Shown here in pieces: positions 39,021 through 52,600 of a stretch of DNA of 64,000 bases. Below the pieces are notes generated by a model, which saw only the letters and a list, made by a program, of their open reading frames with translations, ran no database searches and had not been told where the DNA came from. Origin of the DNA: Octopus sinensis (Eukaryota). Within the stretch, counting starts at the first letter, position 1; each line of letters starts with the position of its first letter. The DNA is taken from contig NC_043002.1 in the NCBI RefSeq assembly GCF_006345805.1, forward strand, positions 64,790,001-64,854,000, written 5' to 3'. A program made the translations under genes and the position numbers.

Positions 39021-40017
39021 ATGTAGGACTCCAGGCTTGTTCACCTAATTGATCATTTAATAATGTATATCTACGTTAGCATGGATTGTCAACATGGGAT
39101 CTCAGACATCGACTTAGAAAACATACCAAATAAGATTGAGATCATATCATAATATATTACTATGTAAGGCTTTGCAAATGTCCTCATAATTACAGTTTTG
39201 TTACATTTTACTGAGTTGGTCTATATTCTCTGTGGCTATAATGCGCCTTATTCATTTCCTAATCATTACATAGTGGTGTATTGTATAATAATATTAACCG
39301 AGGCTTATAATCAAGGAACATTTGTTAATTTAGTGGCAACCATATTATTCCAGACCTCAAAATGTTCATTAATTACGGTTTCTTTTGTTTATTTCATTCT
39401 ATTTGGTTCCTTGGTGTTAATATAATATGGGCATGAATTCTACGCATGTAAATTACTTCTGTATTTATATATGGGAACCATGTCGCGGATCAGCCAATGT
39501 TGTCATTTAATAACGCATCGGACTCTGTAATTCACTTTAAATGAAACATTTAATTTATTAGGTGTCAAGATTCTTGTCGCGCAACTTCGACCCTTCTACA
39601 GAAAGGGAAAATGGCCAAGACATCAGAACGCAGTTGTGTAGTGACACATTTGACATTTGATATCTAATAAAAACAAATGTAATATTGAGGCCTGCTTAAC
39701 AGCACTGCGTCATAGTAACTATCTAAAACACCACTCACTTTATATATCTCAAAATACTGTTATAGATTATGTCAGTTGTTAGGAATGTTTAACTGCAATA
39801 TGTGTGCGTGCGTGCCTGCGTGTGTGTGTGTGTGTGTGTGTATGTGTCATTTAGTCTGCTATAATGAACCCATAAACACATATAGAGTACCCAAGGGTAT
39901 ATTTTTTCCCTCTGAAAATATGCTCAGATCATATAAATTTAATATTTACTGAGTATTAATTAAAACAGCTGTAAGGGATGATGATTAATTTGCTGTTAAT
40001 AATCTTTTTCGTTTTCT

Positions 40018-40130
40018 TTACTACTCTAGGCACAAGGCCTGAAATCTTTGGGAAGTGGGCAAGTCGATTATATCGATCCCAGTATGCATCTGGTACTTAA
40101 TTTTTCGACCCCGAAAAGATGAAAGGCATT
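40018..40130 (-). mobile_element. SINE family A 3' fragment
   Basis: tactctaggcacaaggcctgaaat...cgaccccgaaaagatgaaaggc. Confidence 0.75.
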
Positions 40131-40221
40131 TAATTTTCTTATATATGTATGTATTATGTATGTATGATAATATATGATTATATATGTATGTATAGATAGA
40201 TATATGTATATGTATATTGTG

Positions 40222-40515
40222 AAGGCTTAATGATTAGAGAGTTGCACGTACGATTGTGCGATAGTGGGTTCCATTCCCAGACCTGGCTTTGTGTTGAGAT
40301 CTTGAGCAAAGCACTTCATTTCATGCTGCTCTGCGTTCACTTTATCATCTGCCATGTAGCATATGGTGCACCTGTACAGGTAATGTAGATTTGATGGACG
40401 GAGTGAGCTTATGTGTACAGAAATATTGGAATGCTGTAAATAAATCACTTGTGTGGTTGTTCGGCAAGAAGTTGCTGAACCCTCATACGTCGTCTAACGA
40501 TGGGAGAAGCCATGA
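40222..40515 (+). mobile_element. SINE family D (tRNA head, CORE-like cttgagcaaagcactt)
   Basis: Homologous to 60255-60535 (gcacctgtacaggtaatgt.gatttgatg, gtcgtctaacga). Confidence 0.75.
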
Positions 40516-40613
40516 TATGTATATATATAGTTTCAGATGAATATATTGTACTTACGTTGAGGTTCCCGAATTTCCTACGGCATTATCCATACAATTTCAA
40601 AGTAATTTGATTA

Positions 40614-41014
40614 AAATCAAAATAAGCAACAATAATATCCAGGGGTAATGCAGTACGATCGTTTCACGTAACTCCATTATGATTTCTGCCTGCTCCCTCA
40701 GCCATACACCTAACAGACACTCTCCCTTGATCTCTCAGCCTTATATATAAAAGGATTTGATAAAAGTCTATGAATTAAAACTGACCCATAAAAAATAGTG
40801 ACAAGCAATGATCTGTAACATGTCTTTCTTCCTGATACCTTAGTAGCTTCTAAACTAAAGGGAAGGCAGCATATACTTTGTCTATCTCCTTAAATTCTTG
40901 GAGATTTTAGGTAAAATTATACTAATGTGTCCATCTGTTTTAATTTAATTGAATTCGATTTCTTTGTGCTGCTGAAGATTGCTCTGCATTTAAAATGATA
41001 TAATGATTCCATTG

Positions 41015-41015
<1 letters not shown>
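40614..41015 (-). mobile_element. MITE-like element, copy 1 (one ~60-bp terminal block retained)
   Basis: 40614-40674 matches 62856-62916 directly, while 40678-41015 is the reverse complement of ~62925-63262. Confidence 0.55.
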
Positions 41016-41058
<43 letters not shown>

Positions 41059-41189
41059 TATATAGGTGTATAAAGGTTGAATGTGGATTTGTCCTTCAAT
41101 TTGGAGGTTTCCCAAAAATATTTCTAAAGTTGCTTTTTCCTACGTTGCTGGGAGATTACAGACGTAAATTTGCGAAGACATATTATGTA

Positions 41190-41547
41190 AATACGTATTA
41201 ATGATAAAGCATAAAAAATAAGTAAAAACAAAAAAATCCATTGTTAATATTACAATTAAAACAGTATGTACTTTCTGTGTCTATAAAGATGAAAAAGTGA
41301 AATTGAAATTGGAAATAAAGATAGGTATACTAATAAAATAAATAAATAAATAAACTCTTCTCTTTCTCTGCTCATTTATCTTCCCTACATTTATTATTAG
41401 CTTTTTTTTAGTATACCTATCTTTATTTCCAATTTCAATTTCACTTTCTTCATCTTTATAGACACAGCAGGTACATACAACTTTAATTGTAATATTAACA
41501 ACGGTTTTTCTGTTTTTACTTTCTATGCTTTAACATTAATACGTATT
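41190..41547. repeat. Long AT-rich inverted repeat (foldback/MITE-like)
   Basis: Arms 41190-41333 and 41408-41547 are reverse complements, with near-perfect inner ~55 bp. Confidence 0.85.
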
Positions 41548-42157
41548 AGCTATGATTTTTTAATGCAAACATGAGTTCCTTATATACATCATATTCTCTT
41601 TTTAACTCTTTCTTATCCCTCTGTTTCTCCTATCATTTGCTTACGTTATCTATTTCTTATTAACTTTTATATGCCACCTCCTCACGCTAAATTTCATTCT
41701 TATGAATAGAAATTGTTTTAAAAATACAGCATGGCCACAGCTCGTGAGCTGAAACTAGAATCAATCAATCAATCAATACTACGTAATGATTTCAACGGTT
41801 AGTTTATATTTTAATTCAAACATAGGAGTGTCTTTCCATTTGACATTTCTAATAGTTATTTGCGCTACGCTACTTATTTGGAGCTTAAATTTCCAGTTCC
41901 CATACACATCTATACAGAGGTATAAGTAAAGATATGCCTCTTTACTTATATCTTCAAATAACCGCGGAAGCCGTTTCCTTATGTTTAAATATCCGACGTC
42001 ACTTAAATATCCTTCTCACTCGGATAGAAGTATGAATCTCCTAGATCCAATTTTTCTGCTATATTCCTTCTCAAGTTCCTTGTATTGTGGTTTCTAAATC
42101 CTGCACTGAAGAGTACGTTGATATTAATTAATTTCATTTGATTCAATCATGAATTTA

Positions 42158-42316
<159 letters not shown>

Positions 42317-42447
42317 TGTAGGAAACGATCGTCTATAAGAATTAAACTTCTTACATGTCTTAACAATTTGTCTCATCCATTTTTAACTAAACTGATGTGT
42401 TTTATGGGATTTCATTCCATAAATTCACTATACATTATATATATATA

Positions 42448-42510
<63 letters not shown>

Positions 42511-42649
42511 CACACATATATATCCACTATCCCTGGGAGGCTGATGGAGTGAAACACTCAGACACCTACCAGACTGGGTCTCTTTTGAAGCAACTGTCAT
42601 TATACATTTCCGGTTGCACTCACAAGTGTGTCCAAATGGAACAATGGAT

Positions 42650-42835
42650 ACATAACTAACAACTTTTATTATAGTTTACCCCATTTGTATCGGCTGAAAG
42701 GACACCTTATACCAAAGTTGTGCATTCTCAACACCGAGAGATAGAGACACAACCTGGAAGGGATTCCTGTTCTCCAACCTCCGCACCTTGTCAAGTAACG
42801 TTACTCCATTCGGCCACTTGCATTCGCCACTTGTA
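42650..42835 (-). mobile_element. RTE LINE post-RT fragment
   Basis: GVTLLDKVRRLENRNPFQVVSLSLGVENAQLWY resembles the RTE C-terminal D+VRxxEIR...QLRWYGH region. Confidence 0.55.
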
Positions 42836-43019
42836 CATATGTATATATGCATGTATGTATGTATGTATGTATGTATGTTGTATGTATGTAAGCATGTATG
42901 TATGTATGTATGCATGTATGTATGTATGTATGTATGTATGCATGCATGCATGCATGCATGGATGTATGTGTAGATAGATAGATAGATAAAAAGAAAGAAG
43001 GAAAGATTTCTGTACATAT

Positions 43020-43556
43020 GTGAAACAATGCGACTTCGACTTTTGACTTTATCACCGCATGCTTATGTGAGACTGCTGCGCCTGTTTCCCTGTTAACTTT
43101 TCTGAATTTGGTGTAACCCTTTGTCGAATGACCTGAATAACTTCGAAATGTAGGGCCATTTAGTTTTGATACATTGTGCAATGTAGTGAGTAGCGAGCCA
43201 TACTTCAAATAACATTTCTATCGTTTTCTTCACCGGTAAGTCTTTACTTTGAAAATTGCCTTCAAAACTTTCTCGCGTTTTCTTAACACAACCGGTCTCA
43301 CATACGCTCTCACAATGTCAACTGTTTCCTCTGTCGCATAAGACATTTTAAAGGAAATGCCAAAGATGTTCGCTCAGTGGAATCTTACATCAACTAACGT
43401 CGACTTGCGTACAACGTGTGTTCAGCAGTTACAAGCGGTCAAAATAATGGAATGACATGCAAACGAAAGGCTGGTGGGTTTTCGTATGTCTAAATTTATT
43501 TCTGTATTTACACTATGCCATGTAGCCCGGGTTAATACTTCGTGCGCCACCCAACA
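43020..43556 (-). mobile_element. IS630-Tc1-mariner 5' fragment (TIR + N-terminal HTH)
   Basis: TIR-like GGGTGGCGCACGAAGTA on the minus strand at ~43535-43552; MSYATEETVDIVRAY...KKTRESFEGNF...KYGSLL. Confidence 0.5.
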
Positions 43557-43900
43557 AACATTTATATAGGTATACATATATAATTGCATATGATAGAGAG
43601 AGGGAGAGAGAGAGTGGGGACACAGTTAGAGTAATTCAGCATGTACAAACATTAATGCAGACATATTTTCCTTTTACTATTTACTTTTCTCTTTCCTTTC
43701 TGTAGAAGAGCATAGACTATAAACGTTAGACACATAGATCGAAGCGTGTGTATATATACATACATGTATGTATATTGTTGTAATTGTCATTTAAGTAAAT
43801 AAATAAATTGACATTATATAATGTCTAAAAGTTGATGAATACCAAATGGAGGGGATCAATAGATCCCCTCCATTTTCTTATTGCTCTCACTCTCTCTATT

Positions 43901-43977
<77 letters not shown>

Positions 43978-44050
43978 GTATGTATATATGTATGCATGTA
44001 TGTATCAATAGCATTTGAATTCATGTATGTTATGAACTCTCTCACTTACG

Positions 44051-44130
<80 letters not shown>

Positions 44131-44606
44131 CTTCGGAAAGTAGCTGCATAACTGTAAAACAATATGCATGCATTATAAAAGAAACAAAAGAACTTTGCAA
44201 AGCTCTCATTTATATGCATGTTTAAGTAATTTATCTGTGCAAAACTGTAATTTGAAACTTACATTATGATAAATGTGCTCAGAACAGCTTTACTATAATG
44301 GAAAACCTTTAATCACAAAACAACTGGCTGCACGACCACAGTTGAGATAAATCCGACGCTATCACAAAAGACAAGAATATCCAGACATGTGATCTCTCCG
44401 GGTCAACAAAATATGTGCCTCATGACTCGTCTCTTTATATCGGACAGTTATCGCTATAAGTCCATGAACGACATTGTTGGCGGTTTTTTTGTCATCGCTG
44501 TCTTGTCATGGGGGCCATGATTTTGGGCTCATCTTCATTATTACATTCTCTAGCAACAACATCGTTATCACCTTCATCATAACGAGGGCCGTATTTCGCA
44601 TATTAT

Positions 44607-45185
44607 TCTTCTTCTTCTTCTTCTTCTTCTTCTTCTTCTTCTTCTTCTTCTTCTTCTTCTCTTCTTCTTCTTCTTCTTCTTCTTCTGCTTCTTCTTCTTC
44701 TTCTTCTTCTTCTTCTTCTTCTTCTTCTTCTTCTCTTCTTCTCTTCTTCTTCTCTCTTCTTCTTCTTCTTCTTCTTCTTCTTCTTCTTCTTCTCTTCTTC
44801 TTCTTCTTCTTCTTCTTCTTCTTCTTCTCTCTTCTTCTTCTTCTTCTTCTTCTTCTTCTTCTTCTTCTTCTTCTTCTTCTTCTTCTTCTTCTTCTTCTTC
44901 TTCTTCTTCTCTTCTTCTTCTTCGTCTTCTTTCTTCTTTCTTCTTCTTCTTCTTCTTCTTCTCTTCTTCTTCTTCTTCTTCTCTTCTTCTTCTTCTTCTT
45001 CTCTTCTCTTCTTCTTCTCTCTTCTTCTTCTTCTCTTCTTCTCTTCTTCTTCTTTCTTCTTCTTCTTCGTCATCGTCGTCGTCGTCGTCATCAACTTCAT
45101 CGCCATCATCATCATCATCCTAATAATGGTTGTCGTCGTCATTTTCGTCATTATCATTAACATCATCTTCATCATCGTTATCATT

Positions 45186-45224
<39 letters not shown>

Positions 45225-45420
45225 TTCATCATCATCATCATCATTATCGCCTTCATTATCGCCATCCTTATCTTCGCCGCCTCATCGGTGTCATCTTCCT
45301 CGTCGTCGTCATCATCATCATCATCATCATGCCAGTGGTCGTCGTCGTCAATATCATCAAGATCATCATCATCATCATCGATATTGCTGTCGTCGTCGCC
45401 GTTGACAACGACGCTGTGAT
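44607..45420. repeat. Very long (CTT)n tract grading into (CGT)/(CAT)n
   Basis: Directly visible; ~450 bp of polypyrimidine followed by ~350 bp of CAT/CGT. Confidence 0.95.
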
Positions 45421-45843
45421 CGTCATTTTCATTAACCCACACATCATAATCGCACAATTTTGGACATCGCTCTTCTCAACATCTTTATCGTTGTAGGTAT
45501 TTATGTTATCGTTTACATCTCATGTTAATGCAGATGGCAATGACGCCGATCACGAAATCAATTATAGCCACGACGGCTATCATCAGACTCCATCATCATA
45601 TCGCCACCCCCATTTCCTCATCATTATCCCTAACTTCCTCAGCATCATTACTGCAGTCTTTGTATTTGTCACAACCAGCAGATCTCCCTTACAACTCATT
45701 ACACCTTTTATTTACGACGTCATAACCCCTAGCAGTGACACTGCTAACAACGTGGACCTCATAGCCAACCTTGTAATATGATAAACAAACAACGGTATTA
45801 CTATTTGTAAATCTGACAACGACAGATATTCAGCAACAATAAT

Positions 45844-45961
45844 TTGGAGTAAAGATTGTTTGCCAGCATAACATGGCAGTCCTGGTTTAGGACTAAATTG
45901 CATCCACATTCGTCCTAAACCAAGACTGCCATGTTACGTTGGCAAATTATCTTTACTCCAA
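45844..45961. other. 50-bp-stem hairpin with 18-nt loop
   Basis: Arms 45844-45893 and 45912-45961 match at 45 of 50 positions. Confidence 0.85.
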
Positions 45962-46329
45962 GCAACGGCATATCAACTCGGAAAATCTAATTAGCACAAC
46001 GTTATTTTTATTTGTTTCTTTACCGTGACATGTTTAAGTCAATACACTGCGACCATACAGGGGCACGACCTTGAAGTATTTTTAGCCGAATGAATTGATT
46101 CCGGTACGCTTTTTAAAGCCTAGTTATTATTCTATTCTTATCTTTTGATGAACCGCTAGTTTACAGGAATGTAAGCGTACCAATATCGGTTGACAAATGG
46201 TAGTGGGCGAAACACAATAAAACAATAAAACTCAGACACAACGGTTCATACACACATACACATACTCACACACACACACACACGTATATATATATGTATA
46301 TATGTATATATATTTATATATATATATAT

Positions 46330-46495
46330 ATTCACCAGGCTATTTTCACTTGCCGTCTACTTAATCGCTGCAGCAGTCTTCGGTCAGCCGGAGGTTGTAG
46401 TAGGAGACAACTTCCCACAGTGCTACACAGTGGGGTTGAACCCGGAACCATGAGGTTGGGAACAAAGTCTCTTGCTACAAAACCACGACTGTGAA
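46330..46495 (-). mobile_element. SINE family B 5' fragment
   Basis: gttgtagtaggagacaacttcccacagtgctacacagtggggttgaacccggaaccatg. Confidence 0.65.
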
Positions 46496-46664
46496 AAGCT
46501 GAAATATTTGTTGTTTCAACAGGTAGCACTATGCATTTTTCCATTCGATTACAGAGGCTTCATTATCTTATTAGATATATCTTTTGTATAACAAGATTAG
46601 GAAACAGGTGTAAGCGATTGGAATAAACATATATTCTCTCGCCTCTCTTCCTTTATCTGTCCTG

Positions 46665-47508
46665 TATATGTTGACCAATAAGTATCCGGACTGTTGCTAT
46701 AGTAACGATGCTATCGGACACAGTGAAGCAGCTTAGGACCTTCAAGTCTGCTATGCATGTGCATACTTTTACTGTTCTAGCTCACTCCTGCTGTTTGCAG
46801 CAGTGCATGGAATGAAGGTGTGTATCGTTGATTGCCACATTAGCTATGACAAAGAATGTTGAGCAGAGAATCTGCATCAAATTTGCCAAAAGCTTGGTGA
46901 TACCTACTGAGGGGCCTATGTAAGGTTTACAAAATGTTTTTATCGAGATCTTGTACAACTGAATCCCAAGTGTCTTTATGGTCAACTGAAAGCAATGTTG
47001 ACACAAATTTGGCAGACATGCGTGCCATACCCAAGTCTTCAGTAATAATGGACTAAACTAAACCGTAACTATTCAGCACCTCCTCTCATAAGTCACGGAT
47101 AGAGATTCGACCTTTTCCCGTAACAGCTGCACGTATATCTGCGTTTTTTTTCTCACTTATGCTGGATACGGGTTTCCCAGAACGTTTGTTACTATTAACA
47201 ATTTTCAGCCGTCTTGGAAACGCCTGAATCACTCGTACACTTGTGTACGGCTCATACATTCCCCTCCATGCACTTTCTCCAGCTTTGCGGAAGCCACTGA
47301 GAAGGTAACGGCCTGAGAGCTTTCTCTGTCATGGTCAATGCGACGATCACACGCTACACACCTTCCATCCAATACTACTGTAAACAGTGGAAGTCAGCTA
47401 GAACTGTAAAACCTAGTGCGCATGCACTGCGGGGTTCAAGATCAATCCTTACCAAGCAGATTCGTCATATGGCAACAATCCGGATACTTATTGATCAGAC
47501 CTCGCATA
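46665..47508. mobile_element. Mariner-derived unit made of two 5' halves in inverted orientation, bounded by TIRs and TA
   Basis: Left TIR ttgaccaataagtatccggactgttg; right TIR (reverse complement) gaggtctgatcaataagtatccggattgttg; + strand MTKNVEQRICIKF; - strand MSRTQVYE*FRRFQDG...DLGMARMSAKFV. Confidence 0.8.
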
Positions 47509-47539
47509 GTTCAAATTTACACATAACAAAAGACAGATT

Positions 47540-47710
47540 GATAATTAATTTATCGACCACGAAAAGATGAAAGGCAAATTCGACCTCGGTGGAATTTGAA
47601 CTCAGAACGTAACTAACAAACGAAATTCGAACTCAGAACGTAACGGCAGACGAAATACCGCTAAGTATTTCACCCGTCGTGCTAACGTTTCTGCCAGCAC
47701 ACCGCCTTGT
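47540..47710 (-). mobile_element. SINE family A with a short internal duplication (aactcagaacgtaac x2)
   Basis: Reverse family A head and body. Confidence 0.85.
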
Positions 47711-48147
47711 TACTATTACAAATATAATAACGCTTCGTCCAACATCACAGCTCTCTCAAAAATTGCTCCTATATGCGACACATTCCGAGGTCTCCGGGAT
47801 CTTAAACGTTTTGCTATCCCAGACCTCATCGAAAACGACGTAATGATTATGGTGATCATCGTACTATTCAAATAGAATATAAAATCCAGTAAAACTATCG
47901 CCACAACCTGTACAATCAACACCGCCATCCAAACAGTTGCATAGCTTCGTATTATATTGTATTGAATCGTCTTAAAACGAAACAGTATTGTCCATGTCAC
48001 GTATAATTTCAACTGGGAACGTGATTCCAATAGAAGAGAAATGCTGATGCAGGTAAACAGTGGAATGGAGAAATGGAGAAATGGAGATTGAGGTTTGGAA
48101 TGTCATTGTTCATGAAAACTCAGGCACGCACAGATAGAACACACACA

Positions 48148-48197
<50 letters not shown>

Positions 48198-49639
48198 ATT
48201 AACCAGACGTATTCACTGAAACATTCAGTGATACATGTGTTCCTGTACGTATGTGTAAATATTTATGTATGCGCCCAAGTATACAAGCATGTATGCATGT
48301 GTGTAGTGATACGCTCACACACTCATACACGTATGTTGTATGTGTGTGAGAAAGTGGAAGAGAGTGAGACTGAAAGACATTGTTAAGATGAGATGGAGAT
48401 GAAGTTACAAATAAACAATCGCATTATGTATGGTAAAATGATAAATTAACAAGTGTTGACAAAATCAATAAATAACATAATAAGCACACTTAATTCAGCA
48501 ATTTGATACTTAAGATATTTCAAAACCGAGCAAGTAAATAGACCGTTTCAGCTCAACACGAGACGGAGACGATATTTCCTTCTAGAATGTCACGATGCAA
48601 TAACGTGACTGACTAATGTAAGTATGATACGGTAGGCGAGGGTTTCACCGAAAGCGAGACGCTGTTATTTCCTTCTGTAATAGACAGAATGACTGATGCA
48701 GAATTAATTGCTTGCCTACTTCTCAATCACAAACGGTCTGTGCGATCAGTCATTGCCCCGTATTTGCCACAACCTATCGGATGTTTCCCTGATGATTCTA
48801 TCACAAATATACAGTTTGTGGTTGGGTTATTTTTGGTCATATTCTTAGCGTCAGGTCAACCTCTCCCAGAAAGACTCGTGATGAGAGACGTTCAAGTCGT
48901 AGTCTCCTCTTTTCTTTTTAATTTGTTCTACACATTGTAATGTATCTAGAATTATATTATGCAGTGTGTCCACCATTTTATGCTTGTGAAATTTATAGGT
49001 ACTTGATGGATTCAATCAAGTGGTCCCTGTATTCCCTTATCAACATTGGCGACTGTCAACTTCCGTGGTTCTCTTTCAACATGTTAATAGCGATTTTCGT
49101 CAATTCCTCAGAGAAACATATCACCCGTATTAGTAAATTGCCAAGAGAATGGGTTCTTTTTTGGCTTCAAATCTGGAAAACTGTTTCAAGGAAAAGTGTG
49201 AGAATAACATACCGTATCAAGGACATTGGTACATTTAATAACATGAACTATGTGAAATCAACGCTGACATGCATCACTGTAGAGAGATAGGCCGCTTTCA
49301 ACTAGTTATTCCAGGTAGGGAATGAGCTTTTGAATATATGATTATAAAGACTTGTCATTGAATTGAAATTCTCATCTTTTGGAAGATGTAAACAAACGCC
49401 CGCAGCAATTTTAGCTCTTACCGTGTGCGAGATTTATTTTCAAGATTGCAATGATAGATTCCACCGACAATATAATGCTAGATCTTATCAAAAAATATGC
49501 GATCGGTTATTGTGTACTACGCTCTATGGGCATAGTTCGGCCTCATTTCACCATAGCATTCTACTATCTGCTATAACTTGCAAACCAAATATTTCTCAAA
49601 TCACAACGCACTCTGAAAACAAAGACATACAATCTGTAC

Positions 49640-52600
49640 CGTAGGACCTTTGCAGCCGAGTGAGGTTTGAAGAAACACCAGGGAAATAGTGTTAAGAAGA
49701 GAACAGAACAGTGTGGATCATCTGATCTTAAAACACGTGGCAAATCATCCCCGGATACAAACCACAGCGAATCGATAAATGCTACTGCAAAGATCTACCT
49801 GACTGGTAACTGCAGGCTATGAGACTGGTGCATCAGAGAGTACTCAGAGGAAACCGAGAGTTCTGTGGCCTGCTGCTAAAAAGAAAGGAGGATATAAAGA
49901 CTTTGAAGACAAGTTACGTCAGACTATTTATAGAACGGTGGGATTTACAGTGAAGAAACTAGGCAAGTTATCAAGCTTAATATACGATACAGGAAATGAA
50001 TTATTTCGAGTGAAATATGGTATCCAATGAGCGAAAGGAAAATGTCGACCAATCAGGAGAATCAGGAAAAGGAAACGGTTGAAGAAGGAAAAGAACAGCA
50101 TAAGAAAGCAATGGAAATGTGCTAAGGAAGACGAAAAACCAGGCCTCGGGCAAGTGTACGAAGATTTAAAAAGAAAATGCCGTTATATGCAAAGATTTAT
50201 CCAACGATATGAGCGAAGAAAGTAAAGCAAAATGATTCGTGAACAGTTTCTGAAGGGGTTACTAAGAAGCTGTTCCCTGAACCGAAGAATGACATTTCAT
50301 CGTGCACAAAAAAGCTGAATTGTCATATCAAAGAAACCTACAGTGATCCAAATCGTAACCAGCCACTGCCACCTATAAATTGGCTAAAGCATCTCATAGA
50401 CCCTGATATCGAATTTCAAATTGTGGACATCGGGGGGAAAGAGGTGAATGATTTCGTGAGAAAAGCTATAGCAAAGTGTACCCCAGGAAGTGATGGTGTC
50501 TCGTATAATGTATATAAATATTGCAATCGCCCACAAACGAATGTCTTTGTCCTACTCCGATGGCTGTGGAGCGAGAAGACTATTAGAAAATTGGTGTAAA
50601 GCAGAAGGTGTATACATGCCGAAGGAGGCTAATGCAGAGACTATAAATAGGTTTAGGACGATATCTTTATTGAATGTGGAAGGCAAGAACTTTATGGGAG
50701 TTCTTTCATGGAAAACGGTGGCATATCTACAAAGTAATGGATATGTTGATGAACCTGTTCAAAAGGCCGGAATCCCTGTGATTCCTGGACGCCTTGAGCA
50801 TTGTTTTGTGATTTAGAAAGTGATCCAGGATGCCAAACAGGATAAGATTAGTCTAAACCTGGTATGGTTTGATCTAGTTAATGCATATGGCTCAGTGACA
50901 CACAAATTATTGATGACTGCTATGGACCACTTCCACATTTCGAAAAAAGTAAAAAGATTAACGGCAGTTTCGAGATGAAGCATACATCTGGAAATTTTAC
51001 AACAGATTGGCACCGATTAGAGATTAGCATTGCTGTTGGTTGCACAATATCTGTCACGTGGTTTATTCTAGTCATGGAAATAATTTTGAAAACAGTGAAC
51101 TTTTCGGAACACGTCGACAGACAGGCAAGTCATGTGAGTGCCTTCCTGAAGGTTTACGAACTTGTGAAGTTGCCAAGGATGCGATTCAGAGCAAAATAGT
51201 TGCGTAGTCTGGCATTTATTAAAGGTGTGCAAAAAAAAAGTAAGTTAATTTAGTTTAAAATAACTGAAGAAAACATTCCAAAAGTCAAGAAAGAATCCGT
51301 TAAGAGCATAGACTGTGTATAGTCTGAAACATTGTCAGATAGGGGTAGCAAGATGCAAATTATGAAACAAGCCGAGGATAGGTTAACAGTAATTAATAGC
51401 TCAAAGCTACAAGGTAAATATTTAAAAAATGGTGCTTACAATTCGGCTTGTACCCATGCCTTTCGTGGTCACTTCTAATACACGGGGTGACACTATCACG
51501 AGTTCAAATTATTGAATAAAAGTGTAATGTGTTCATTTGAAAGTAGCTAGGTCTGCGTCGGATATTGAACAATTCAGCTCTCTATCGTAAAAAGAGGCTG
51601 GAGGAACCCCACAGATAGAACACACACACACATACGCTAACCAGACGCATTCACTGAAACATACTATGATACATGTGTTCGTGTATGTATGTGTAAATAT
51701 TTATGTATGCACCTAAGTATACAAGCATATATGTATGTGTGTAGCTCTAACGAGCAAGTAAATAGGCCGTTTCAGCTCAACACGAGACGGAGACGATATT
51801 TCCTTCTAGAATGTCACGAAAAGATGAAAGGCAAATTCGACCTCGGTGGATTTTAATAAATACAAACATACAAACATACAAACTATTGACTGCTGATAAC
51901 AGCAACTTGGTACTTTATAGCATTAACGATAACCTTAAGGACTAGATTGTGTCTCCAGGTATATCTATTCAATACCAGTTAACGGTAGTCGAAATTTATA
52001 AAGTAGGGAAGGTACGAACGGTGATGATGCTGAGAGAGTCGAAGGAGTGATCCACCAAATGTAAAAACAACCAGGAAGTGGAAAGCAGCAGCAGTGACTA
52101 ATGAAATCTTGCCTTCACATACACACCGAGATATGGTGGGAGCAATCTAAATTCATCGGAAGAGACTTGAATTTGGCACAGATCTGTTTAGACCGTTTGC
52201 AAGCATGATGCGGAGCGAATGTACATCTGTTGTTAGAAACAACGTCAAAGCAAGGGAAAAGAGAACAGAGCTTAATAAGGTGAAATGAGATATGGAGGTG
52301 GATAACATCACGACTAATTTTTCTGATTCGTTCATCCTACGATGTCTTGGCATCGCCTATAAATCTAGCAGAATGGGCCATCTAAGAAAATGATAGATGC
52401 AGATGCAAAAAAAGTTCGGAACACTGAAACATTTTTTTTACACCTGTTCACTGGTATTGAATAGATATACCTGGAGACACAATCTAGTCCTTAAGGTTAT
52501 CGTTAATGCTATAAAGAACCAAATTGATGTTATCAACAGTGGCAAAAACCCACTGAAAGAAAACAATCAGAGATTTCATTGACTCAGAACAGCAGATCCG

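Noticed and set aside
43236-43241. Strong donor CCG|GTAAGT
   Set aside because: Lies antisense inside a Tc1/mariner relic; no matching acceptor or exon.
44474-45457. 228-aa and 284-aa ORFs
   Set aside because: Trinucleotide-repeat read-through (poly-F/S/L/E/K/D).
45563-45590. Minus-strand CTGATGA followed by a perfect TAGCC/GGCTA stem
   Set aside because: No GAAA after stem II, so not a hammerhead.
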